This document shows positions 10,741 through 22,800 of a stretch of DNA of 64,000 bases, piece after piece. The notes beneath the pieces were generated by a model. That model was not told the DNA's origin. It searched no databases and worked only from the letters and a program-made list of their open reading frames with translations. The first letter of the stretch is position 1, and every line of letters begins with the position of its first letter. The stretch comes from Podarcis tiliguerta. Its lineage: Eukaryota. Location: the NCBI GenBank assembly GCA_965153285.1, contig OZ229111.1; one strand, 5' to 3'. The translations under genes and the position numbers were made by a program.

Positions 10741-12914
10741 TAGTCTAGTGCTACTCATTGCTTAAATCCTTGCTGATATAACTCTTCATATTCTTATGCA
10801 TTAATTGGCTTTTTGGAGGATGCAACCTTTTTCTTGAACATTTGTTGACTTGCTCTTCATACTTTTCTCTCTACAGATGGTGTACCCTGTGACTTGGATT
10901 AACTTTTCTTTATTGCCTTGATGTATTTATATGTATGTGCGTTTGTAGCAATACATAGCTTTTTGAACAACTTGGCAGAAACTCGTCTCTAATATTTCTC
11001 CATAACATCACCAGTGTTATTTAAAAGAGCATATTGCATGAAAGTAGGGGCTAACCCACACATGCAGAGAAATTATGTAGGACAGCCTTACAGGATGCAC
11101 TAAAACTGAAGGAAAAGGTGGGATATGACTAGAGCATTCAAACATGTAATCCACCCACCCTCAATAGTCTGAAGCACTTGGTTTTTGATGAAATTTACCT
11201 AACTGGGTGGGTTACATGTTTGAATAGGTTTGAATGGTGGGAAGAAGGTAAAAACCATTTCACAGTGCATGCTTATGGAGTGCTGCTGGGGCTGCTAAGT
11301 TGGACGTCTTCATGGGGAATAGGTCTAGTAGTGCTTGTTACATATGGTAACTAAGAGGGACTTCTCTCTTTAGAAGTAGCATACCTCTGAGTACTAGAAT
11401 CTTACATATTTGACTACTTGCTATCCTTCATGGGTTACATAACCTTGAGTTTAATCAGAGCTGTGGGAATATTTTGCACCATTGGAAGGCATCTAGTTTC
11501 AAGCTCAATAACAGTAGTGTAATACTGACCCCAAGTGGTCACTGGTGGATACTTAATTTCTTATAGTTTGCTTTCATTTTAAAGCATTCAAAAGACAAAC
11601 CAGCACTTTAAAAACACTGTATATCAAATAGTATATTTGGTCACTTTGCCCCCATCATTTGACTTTCCCAAACCAATCGCTGTGAAACTCAGACAATGCA
11701 AAATATGTGCATAATTCTCCCACACTGCCTTTCATACCACACCTTAACTGAAAGACACAGTGCTAGTGATTTCAAATAGTGGTTCTTGGATAAAACAATT
11801 TATTGCAGTATTTTTACCTTTCATAATATCCTCCAGCTGGTTAACTAATAAATGGGTTTTTTTTTGGGGGGGGAGCCTCCTTTAGATACTAATGCCTCAG
11901 GTCATTTAAGACTTTGACCAGCACTTTTCAGACTCATTGGTAAATAAAGTACTTTACTTTTCTAATGTTTTATGTGTAAAGTGATAACACACAGTTTTCT
12001 TCTTCCTACCATCTTAAAGAGTAGGAATCAAATACTGTGCCTAACACACTATGGTTATAAATACATTTCTGCATTTTATATATAAAAAGTGTCCACTAAG
12101 ACTTCCCAAAATTCTGGATCCACATGATATTTTCACTATGTCCATTCTAAAGAGAACTTAAAGTGATGTCCTCTTGTATTAAATGAATGATGTTGAATGC
12201 CAACCTTCATAAGAAACTAAAAAGTCTAGTGGCACCTCAAGAGATAAATCTGTTATGGCACACAATTTTGTGGACTACAGAAAGCAGACTGATGAATACA
12301 TTCTTAACCTTGGCAATCCAAAGAGCTCAAGTTAGATATAAAACAGCATAGTTAAGGTTTGTTCTTCACGTTACACGAAACACCATAATTAAGTCAGACT
12401 GATGCTTATCAGCTGCAAAACATCCAGTGTAAAACATACGATTCATGCCTTTGAGTAAGAACACTATAAAATGAATACGATGTGAATTCATGAATTCACT
12501 TCTCCCAGACGAAAAGGCCCATATTAGAGACTGCTCAGCCCAAATGTGAAACCTGTGTTTTTCAGCCATGTCCTGGGGGAGGGTGCAAATCCTGAGCTCA
12601 AATCCCAAAGTGAAGCGGGGAAACGATAAGAAACAGCTTTACATCTCAAGAATAGCCTTCCTTGAACCACCTTCATCCTTATGATTTCATGACATTCCCA
12701 CTGCCAGCCGCCCCGCCTCAAGAAAGGACACTGCCATCCATCAATCAATTGGAAACCGTTTCAGATCTTGAGGGTTGACAAACCCCAGCATGTGCTTTGG
12801 CACCATCTTTTTATGGGGTTACGTGACGGTATTGCAACCATGCTTCCTGCTATTCCAGCCTCAGAAGCCTATAAAAAAGTTGGTGTGAATAAGCCCAATT
12901 ATCTCTGACAATAC

Positions 12915-13800
12915 TAGGGCGCAGCCAGCTGCTGCTGGACCCGCCCGTGAGCGGAGCCCTGGTTATGGGGTGGCAGCTGCCTCGGTTCTCACGGGTGGGG
13001 CCAAGTCCAAACCCTACCGCGGGGCGAAAGCGGCCAATGAGCCGAGGGGGAAGCCCCGCGCCCAGGTTCCAGCGCCCAGCGGTTACCATGGAGACGCGGC
13101 CCCTCTCCCTCCCCACCCCTTTCTCGCTCGCGCGCGCGCGGCCTCACAATCTGGTCCCCCTGACCCAGCTTTCCCTCAGAAGAGGATGCTCCTCCGTCGC
13201 AAAGCTCCGCCCCCTGTTGCCAAGGAAGTGAGGTCACATAATATGGCGGCTGGGGCTTAGCTGCGCTGAGGGAGGATCCGGGTCTCGGGGAATCTGCGTC
13301 CATCCTCCCCACCCGGGGTGCGCTGTCGCCCCCGAAACCCTCCGGCGTCGAGAGGCGGGGCTAAGGGCCGCGATGGTCTCTGGCGTCGCCCTGCTCTGAG
13401 TCAGGGTCCCTCGCGACTGGGTCCGGGTCCTGCCGAGCCGCCTCGATGGAGTTGAGAGTCGGGAACCGGTACCGGCTTGGCCGGAAGATCGGGAGCGGCT
13501 CCTTCGGGGACATTTACCTCGGTGAGGGGGCGCCGCTCTGGCATGAACCGAGAGGGGGTTGGGGAAGGGGGGGGCGCGACGACGGCCTGAGGGAAGCGGC
13601 TGTCTTTGGAGAAGCGAGGTCGGGGGGGTCGCTTTGCCTCTGGCGCTCTGGTGGGGCCTTCAGGTCGCGGCCCCCCCACCCCAAGCGGACTCTGCTTTCC
13701 CGTGAGGTGACAGAGGAACGCCCAAGAAGCGCATCAAGCCCCGTAGCGGGAAGTAAAACCGTCGTGTCCCTCGCCTGCTCAACCACCGCAGTTACAGTCA
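12915..13800 (+). promoter_or_regulatory. CpG island / CSNK1D promoter and 5'UTR
   Basis: Abrupt GC- and CpG-rich segment around exon 1. CCAAT 13034-13038, RFX X-box-like GTTACCATGGAGAC 13082-13095, (CG)n 13129-13140, GC box CTCCGCCCC 13205-13213, ETS core GGAAGTG 13224-13230, YY1-like AATATGGCGGC 13240-13250. Confidence 0.85.
13446..13521 (+). CDS. CSNK1D: CSNK1D exon 1 coding part
   Basis: [25 protein letters not shown]; GTGAGG donor. Confidence 0.97.
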
Positions 13801-16800
13801 GGGTTTACTCGGAAGGAAGACCTGGGTATTGCAGGGAGACTGACTTCAGAGCAAGCGTGTTTACAGTTAGCCTTGGCTCGACACTGGGGGAAATGAGGAC
13901 TGGGAGAGCCCCAGTAGTGGCCAGTTACTTCCTTTGTGACCTTGGGCAAATCGCTCTCTTCTCCTTTCTCTTCTCTTCTCTCTCTCTCTCTCCCCCCCCC
14001 CCTTCCCCACTTCTTTTATTTGGCTTCTAAGCTGGGGTGGGGAAAAAAATTCCTGACTACATGTTTCTGGGCCGAAGGGTTCTGACAGTGAAGTATGAGG
14101 TTTGGAAATGCACCAGCTGTCGGTGGAGAAAAATTAATAATACTCAGATGGTGTTGTTTACTGTGAGGCTTCCAGGAAGTAGCCTGGTTTAAAAGAGATA
14201 ATTGCCTAGGTTTAGGTTATTTTTTGCAGAGTAACTCTTCTCCTTTTGTCACTTGTCATGTCTGCTATAGCTTTTAGCTGAATTGTAACATGGGGAGAAA
14301 TTACAGGTTTTGCGCTGCTTTCTGGAACTAAGGCACACCTGGTTATTTTCAGCTTAGTCCCCTAATTTTGATGGCAGTGTAACTGTGAACCTGAGCCAGA
14401 GGCCTGCTAACTTACATCTTTGGTAATAAATCTTTAATAGACCCTGAGGGATGATGTGGATTTTCTCCTGCATTTTGTATGTTGTAAGCTAGTCTAGGTG
14501 TCGCCTTTCAAATTCATAGGCTTTATGCAAAGGTAAGCCAGAAAAAAAATCTGCTAGGTGAAACTGATGCTGGCAAATAGTTAATGGTTCAATCCTGCAA
14601 AGGCATATGCCTATGCATTGCAGTATGCATTGAGTGGCTGTAATGGGATTGCTGACTGTGCATGCTGCTATCTATACAAGGGTGTAAGTCAATCCAAGTC
14701 TGAGCTCCTGCGTTTAAAAATACACTAATTTATGCATGTCAGGAGCAGTGAGACCAGTTGTGAAGCCTTCTTAATTCTTGTTAATTGAGAGGTTCCCTCC
14801 CTCTTGAAATCTGCTTCAGTGCATGGCTGGCCTTTAGAATATGGATGTGTTAATAACATTAAATAACTTGTGTACTTCTTTGTTCTTCACTGTTGGGGGG
14901 GGGCAGATGAGAACAACTAGCACTTTGGTTTTGAATCATTGTATTCTAAAACTGGACATCTGTTTTCATAGATTGTGGGAATGCAGTTTTCTAGAATCTT
15001 AGTGTCACCATGCTTGGTGTTGGTTTTGGCCTACAGATAAAGCTACTTGAGAACAGTTTTAAGGTATTTCTCTTGCTTACTCTACACTACATTAGCTATC
15101 TGAGAGTTATGAAGTACAGCAGTTATTTTGGAGCTATATATAAGGGTGCGGCCCCAGAAGGAGAAAGGTCGTGCTGTGGCAGCTCCACCTATGGGAGCAG
15201 TAGTTAAAGTCGTTGTGCAGGTTAGGAAACTTTGTATATAATCAGAAGAGTTGTTTTAGTCTTGTTCTTAATAACATAGTCCATCTGGCTGTCAACTATC
15301 AGGCAGATGTTTCTAGTTTATGTGAGGAGGAGCTACCTATTTGATTATTTTCATTTTGAGAATTATGTACAAGAGAGGCTGCAGGCATCTGTAGCCTATA
15401 TATAAAGATGGTGTGTCAAATCGGTATTAAGCACATACATATTTTGGCCATGTGTATGCAATTCGTTAGAATATCAGCACCCAAATAATGAGTCTTTAAA
15501 TTGTCATACTTGTGAAACAACAGAGAGTAGCTTAAAACAAAGCACTGAAGATGGTTAAATGTTTAACCATTGTAATCCTTGAAAGAAAGAGAAAATCTGC
15601 CCAAATGTCTAATTCTGGGACTTTCCCCTAACACAGTGAAGTCTTTGATGCCTATAAGTGAACTGGTTTCTACGTCGCAATAAAGCATATTTAATGTTTA
15701 ACCACAGTTTATTGCAAATTAGTAGTGGGTGCCTGCTGATCAAAGCTTCCTGCTTTGTTCATCCCTTGCTGTTGGCCATACTGCTCTGGGAGCAATAAAG
15801 CACAAGCTTTGACTTGTATATTCAGACCAAATATTGTGGTTTGTTTCTCTCCGAACAAATTATAAGAGGTAGCCAAGGTTTATTCTTGCCTTACTACTTA
15901 TGGTTTGTTGGGGGGGGGGGACTTTGAGCCCAGGTTTAGGCAGCACAACAGTCCAAGGCTTGTAGCTTGTTGTAGCTAGGAACATGAGAAAAATGAAGCA
16001 GGGACTCCTGAGCAGTGAACACAAGCACGTTGGTCAGTTGTGTTAAACCATAGTTAAGCATTGGTTTCTTGTAATAATATTTCCTATACTCCTTTATGTA
16101 TTTAAAAGATAGATACCTTGCTCTTTCACCAATGGTTTCCAAGGCAGCCCTTGTAGGTACAATACAATTAAGCAATACTGAAGAAACTTTTGTGCTCACT
16201 TAGAGTATTGGTATGTTACAAAATCTTCCCAACACAAGATCCATTGTTGCACCCATGGAATGATGGGACTTGCTCTTAGCTGTTCTGCTGTCACTCATGC
16301 CTTCCAATCTTCTCAGTTTCTGGGGAGGTCTCTAACCCTCCAGAACAGATTTTGGGTTGGGGGTCACCCAGGAGACTTCAGAGAAGAGAGGAAGGGGGAA
16401 TCGGTTGCACAAGCAGAGCACAACAGTTGGATATTGCCTAATAGCTTTGGTGAATAGTCATCTTGCTCTGTAACAACTTACATATTGTATTGAAAAGTAG
16501 ATCCTAGGAATCCTTGAGTTGAGTTCTTCTGGAACAGCTTTTTAATGTATGGAAGTATAGCTCGCACTATCAGTGTTACTCTGCTGCATCAGCAAGACCA
16601 ATGCTGTTATTTCTTTGTATATGTTGTAGAGGTCAGTTGGCCTTTGTTACTTGGTTTGAGGCTGTAAGTAGGTATTCCAGATAATCCAGTGCAAAGTTCT
16701 GTCTCTAGATAGGAGATGTAGGGGTTTCTCAGCTTCTGCTAGTCATAAAATAAATGTTAATGTCTGATAGGAAGATCTTGAGGTTTTTGGTTTTTCAGTG

Positions 16801-19800
16801 GTGTGGATTCCTTTTACAACAGAAGTAGTTTTTGCCACTTCTTAGTCAGGAAGATCCCAACTCCTATTGTAGCAGAAGCTGTGAGTCCCATGGCAAATTA
16901 GTATTGTGCATTAATTTGAAAATATAGCTAACAACTTCATTTGGTGAAATATATCTTACATAGACATGATTCTTATCCCAGAATTTGACCTTTAGCCAGC
17001 TTCTGTTTTCTTAAGAATTGTGAAATGTTGCCCAGTCACTAGAAACTTTTTTTGGCAGAAAATGTGCTTACCTAAGAGAAGCTTCCTTGCTCAGGAATCT
17101 GTACCTAACTGTGCATGGTTGCAGCTGAGCCCCTTCTTAAGTGAATAAAGAACAAATTGCTTATGGCCTGTGGTTTTTGCTTAGTGGAGTTAATATTTTA
17201 TGTACTGTTCTAAAGATAATATGCAGTAAAATGGCTTGACCCTTTTAAGCAGCATACTTCTTCCTAGTTCTCCCCTATATAAATACAATATAGAAGGGTT
17301 AATATGGGACATATTAAAGAAGACTCCCTGAGTGAGAGAGTGCATGCATGCACAATGTGTGTGCACACCATGTCACAGTCTTGATATACAGTGGTACATC
17401 TGGTTGCGAATGGGATCCTTTCCGGAGGCCCGTTTACAACATGAAAATAGCGCAACCTGAAGCGCTGTATCTGTGAAGGTGCGCGGCACAATTTGGCGCT
17501 TGTTTGCATGTGCGAGTGGCAAAACCCAGAAGTAACCCTTTCCGGTACTTCCGGGTCGCCACGGGACGTAACCTGAAAGAATGTAACATGAAGCAAACGT
17601 AACGAGATATGACTGTACCTAAAACCAAGTTGTATATTGTAACACTACTGTTGCATTCATTCTGGTTAAAAAAAGTTAATCCCTTGTTACCTCGGATATT
17701 AACCTCTCTCTCTTAGCCAAAATCATTATGTGTATAATGTAGTCTGTATGTGAAACACTGGTGCTACATGCAAGAGCCTTCCAAATAAAATCATGTTTAG
17801 AAAGGGGAGACAGTGTTTTAAACCAGAAGGCTCAGCTAAATCAAGATGTGAACCTGGAGAAGTCATTGTGCTGTGTGCAATCCGTCGCTTGTCATTGACA
17901 TTTCCTGTGTCTTGTATGCAAGTGGGCCTGCCTATTCACGAGCGTGGAATGTCCTTATCAGCTTAAAGGCATGCCATACTCTATGTTCTCTCTCCTCTTG
18001 CATTTCGTCTGCTCCCAGACTTAGATGAGACTGAAAGTAGACTATTACAGCCCTTGCATGCTTGTCTATTTCATAAAATTTATGTGTACCACTTAATTGT
18101 TAACAAAAAACCTCAAAGTAGTTTACAAAGGGAATAAAACAATAACATTATCAGTAGAAACAGCTCTATAAAACATTTGAAAGATAAAATCAACTATAAG
18201 CTAAAAACACACATCAACATTTTTCATGTAAGAATGTGATTGTTTAGTGTGGCAGTGCCTACACTTTGGAATTCCCTGCCTATTGAGATCAAGCAGGTGC
18301 CTTCACTGTACTCTTTTTGGTACCTGCTAAAAATGTTTTTGTTTAAACAAGCCTACCCTGATGCTTAGAAAGTTGAGGTAATTTCAGTCTGCTTTAGCAT
18401 TTTAACTTTTATATGTTTTTAAGTATGGTTGTGAAATTTCCTTGATTTTACTATTTTATCTTTTGTAAACTGCTTTGAGGTTTTTTACAATCAAGTGGTG
18501 TATAAATTTTATGAAATAAATAAATTCCCTTTGACTTGTGTATATTAAATAGGACATAATCTGCAGGTGCTCATGATACTGTAGTACAGTACATGCTGCA
18601 TTACAAAACACAACTTAGTGGATACTGAGAAATTGAGTAATAAGAAACCTATTGAAATCATTGTTTACAAATTAAGGAATTGCTTTTGCACACAACAGAT
18701 GAATGTAGAATCTTAACCATCATTTTAGAGCCCTTATGTCCCATTGGTTTTGATGAAGAGCTAATGTGTGAATGGGCTTGTGGACAGGACTTCCTCTTCT
18801 TATCTTTCCCCCCTGCAGCCAGCTGCGCACACCCTAGGTTTCTCTGGAGACTCCCCCAAACCTCCAAAGCAGTTTTTGAGGGTATATGGCATGGGAACTG
18901 CAGGAGGGAGAAAAGTGTAGTTGCACAAGAGGAAATCTGTTCTGCTCACTTGCACACACCCTTGGATACAACCCACTGTGAAATCACTAAGACTTAAATG
19001 GGCTTAAGTTTGCCTAGATTGTATCCTGTTTACGCGTGGGTTATGTTCCCGGGCACCGCATGCATCAGTGAAATTGTGTATAATTAAAACCCATTGAAAA
19101 AGTCTGCAAACACACCATTCCACCTCTGCCCTGCCTGTGTTCCACCCTTTTAGAGATATTTCACTGATGTCTTTATGACATTTCTGGGTCATACACATAT
19201 TGAACATGTGTAAACAGGGCTGCCTTTAATGTATAGGTGACACTACCAATGCAAGTTATATCAGTTCAAAAGCATGAGGGGAATGCACATGCAGCGTTAG
19301 AAATTAGCTAGGCACCAGCCGCATTCTGCTCCTGATGTGGGTACAATTGCAACCACGTGGAGATCTCTAGATGCTAGGTTGGCGACTGACATCTCCACCT
19401 TTTTCTCCAAGGCTTGCATGGTTCACCCCCCTTCTTGGTTATTCCATACAACTACCTTGTGATGCCAGCAACTGTTACACACATTGCCAGGGTGTATAAG
19501 CAATTTCTTTGGTTAGTTCATGTTTGATAGTCTTGGATTTTGAAGTTGTGTTTTCTTCTCTCCTTCAGGGACTGACATTGCTGCTGGAGAAGAGGTTGCC
19601 ATCAAATTGGAATGTGTGAAAACCAAACATCCTCAACTCCATATAGAAAGCAAAATTTACAAAATGATGCAGGGTGGAGGTAAAAATTATCTGTGCTGAT
19701 AAGTCATATGGGTGCTAATGTTCTAGCTATAAACTGAAGAAGGCAGATAGCACTGCATATGTGCACAAGTGATTTCATGGTTACCTTCCTGCCATGCATT

Positions 19801-22800
19801 AGGGAGCTACAGCAGTAGAATCCTAAATGTGCTTTCTTAGAAATAAGAGTAGCACTGAGTTCATTGAGTCTTTAATCCTAAGTAAGTATGGGTGGGACTT
19901 CAGTTTTAGTCTTCATTCTCAATGTTCTAATAAGGTAGGCTCTTGTTTACACAGGGGGTTGTGAGGCTGACAAACAATTGCTTCACTAAGATTTACCCTC
20001 TGAGCCCGTGGATTACCAACACTACCTCAACCTGTCTGCTAATTACTTAAATGCAAATCAAGTTGTTGTTTATCTGTGACATATTTCTGAGTTGTAATGT
20101 TAAAGGAAAGGAACTCTTGAACTGTAGATCATGAACATGAGAGGTTTTCAATCACACAAATGAGATATACAGTGGTACCTCGCAAGACGAATGCCTCCGA
20201 AGACGAAAAACTCGCAAGACGAAAGAGTTTTCTGAGTTGCTTCGCAAGACGGATTTCCCTATGGGCTTGCTTCGCAAGACGAAACGTCTTGCGCCTTTTT
20301 TTAAAAAAATGCCAATGCATTCCTATGGGAAACCGTCAATACACAGTGGTGCTTCGCAAGACGAAGAAACTCGCAGAATGAATTAATTTCGTCTTGCGAG
20401 GCACCACTGTACATATTATTGAAATTATGATCTGACAGTAGTGTCAATCCTGGTTTGACAATCTTAAAACTGGGCAGATCCTTTTACTTAAAGGCATGGT
20501 CATTGCATTTGATACCATATAGGCAAGATACCATTTCACTCTTGAACTTCGTGAGAAGCTTTCTTGTTTGGACCTATACTTTTTCTCAGTAATTGCAAAC
20601 TGCTTTTTATAGTTTCAGAGGCACAAAAATTATTACATTTGTTTTGCTATAACCTTGAGTGTGGATCTGTTAACTGACAACAGTTAACTACATGGGCATA
20701 GTTCTTGAAAGTCTTGTAATTTGCTACTCATTTCAGATGAGTAGCATTGTCCATTGCAGAGTACCTGAATGTGCCTTCCCCAAGTTAGGCAAATATACTC
20801 TGGAGATGGGGTTCAGCAGATATTATTAGAGTTCTGCATTGTGTTACTCTAGATGATGCATAAATAAATGTGCTCTTACTCATACAATCTTGCAATGCTG
20901 GAGAGAGAAGCCAAATGCAGACCTGGCACAGTTCCGCTCTGTGCTGGTAACCACTGAGCCAGCTGCTTGCATGATTCAGATTATTTTAAAGTAGGGGTGG
21001 GAAATCAATGTTTCTGGACTACATCTCTCATTATCCCCTGCCAATCACCTTGCTAGCCAGAGCTGATGCAACTTGGAGTCCAACAACACCTGGAGGGTCA
21101 GAGGTTACCCATCTCTTGTTTAAAGTGTTCTTTATTCTGATCTTCTAGCTTTAATTACCTAGAATTATGACACAGTAATATCAGGCAGAGTGGGGAATGC
21201 AGGTAGTGGTGAAAGAATTGAGCAACTCTCAGAACTTATTTGGGGGGAATCTTCTGAAGCTGTAACCAAGGGAACCTCATAATTTCTGAGCCCAGGTTAA
21301 ACAGCACAGATTTAAAATGTCATATACAAATATGCTATAAAATATTTGTTGAATTCTGAGTATTCATAGCTACTGTAAACTAATTTGACAACAATGGTCT
21401 TTCCCTCCCTTTTGGCTTCTTAATAGGGAGTACTTGTACTTAGATAGAAGGAGAAGATCACATCCCATTGGAAGCACATCTATACAAGGTGTCCCAGGAC
21501 CTTCCTCCAGTTCCAGTCTCTTCCCCCCATCTCCCCCCCCCCCCAAATGCATACATTTTTCAGGAAGAAAAATGTGCTGTAATTCAGATAATAATCTGTG
21601 GGTGTGTCATACATATTTTGTGCAGATACCTTCTGTTTTCACAAAATACTATAGTAATTTCCCCCCTTTTTTCTAGTGGGCATTCCCACAATCAAATGGT
21701 GCGGCGCTGAAGGTGACTACAATGTAATGGTGATGGAGTTGTTGGGACCAAGCCTTGAAGATCTCTTTAACTTCTGTTCAAGAAAATTCAGCCTCAAGAC
21801 AGTCCTTTTACTTGCTGACCAAATGGTATTAAAATCTTTGCATGTCTTGATTATTGGGTAGGAGGGCTTCCTTAAATCCTCTCTGCATTCTATAAATAAT
21901 TGTCTTATATGGAACAAAATTTGGATCTCCTTTCTTTCAGAGGGCAGGTAGAAAGCCTACCACTTAAGCTATTCTCTTCATATACCAGAAAATAAAATGT
22001 GTCCAGTACAAATAATGCTTTTAAAGTTATTTTTGCCAGTGTGAATCAGACCAATTTAGCTGCAGTGGGAAACATGCTTGTGCTTCTTTAAAATACATAC
22101 TTTTTCCAAAATGGATTGTCCTCAGGGTTGCAAATAGAGGCTGTGTAGTTAGTGGCTGTTGGGCTGGATTCTAAAGCATTCACCCCTTTCTAGTGTGTTA
22201 GGCTACATTCCTTATCTATCTCTTGACATGAGGGTTTGCAATTATTTTAAAAGCTAATCTTTCCCTCAAGGGGTAACAACAGTCAACACATCAAGTTTTA
22301 CAGATTCTTCAACTTTTTGTTAGGATCAAGTTGCAGAATCTGAGCCTATATGTATTTAAAACTTTGCTGCCACAAAAAATTGGCCAGTTTATGCATAATA
22401 AATAACTTCTTGAAAATGTTATATAAATCAACTTGTGAATTGTTCTTCCAAAATAAGTGTGAAGACATTCTTGGTTTGTACTTCTGCACAGACATAGAAG
22501 ACAATAAGAACTAAATATGTCCGTGAATAATATCTTCTCTAATGGCTATTAGGATGTCTGTATGTGTGTCCATTTTTAAACCCTTAGGTTCAGAAAGGTT
22601 GAAGTAAAACAGCAGGACTGTAAATATTCCAGTTATGTGTACTGCTACTATTTGAAGCATCTGGAAACCATGCTTTATGCAAGCAAGTGGCACTGAAATG
22701 ATACAGCAATGGTGCTAGATGACGCCAGGGTCAGTAGTCAGACAGTTTGGGCACTGGCTGAGGCTCCCAGGGGCTTGGAAGAGAGCCCCTCACTGGACCA

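Noticed and set aside
13226-13236. RORE (clock element) in the CSNK1D promoter
   Set aside because: AAGTG-AGGTCA lacks the T immediately 5' of RGGTCA that the consensus needs.
12850-13786. Several overlapping 88-107 aa ORFs on both strands
   Set aside because: Typical CpG-island artefacts; low-complexity Pro/Arg/Gly content with no recognisable domain.
13446-14030. 194-aa ORF starting at the CSNK1D ATG
   Set aside because: Only the first 25 codons are exon 1; the rest is read-through into GC-rich intron where stops are rare.
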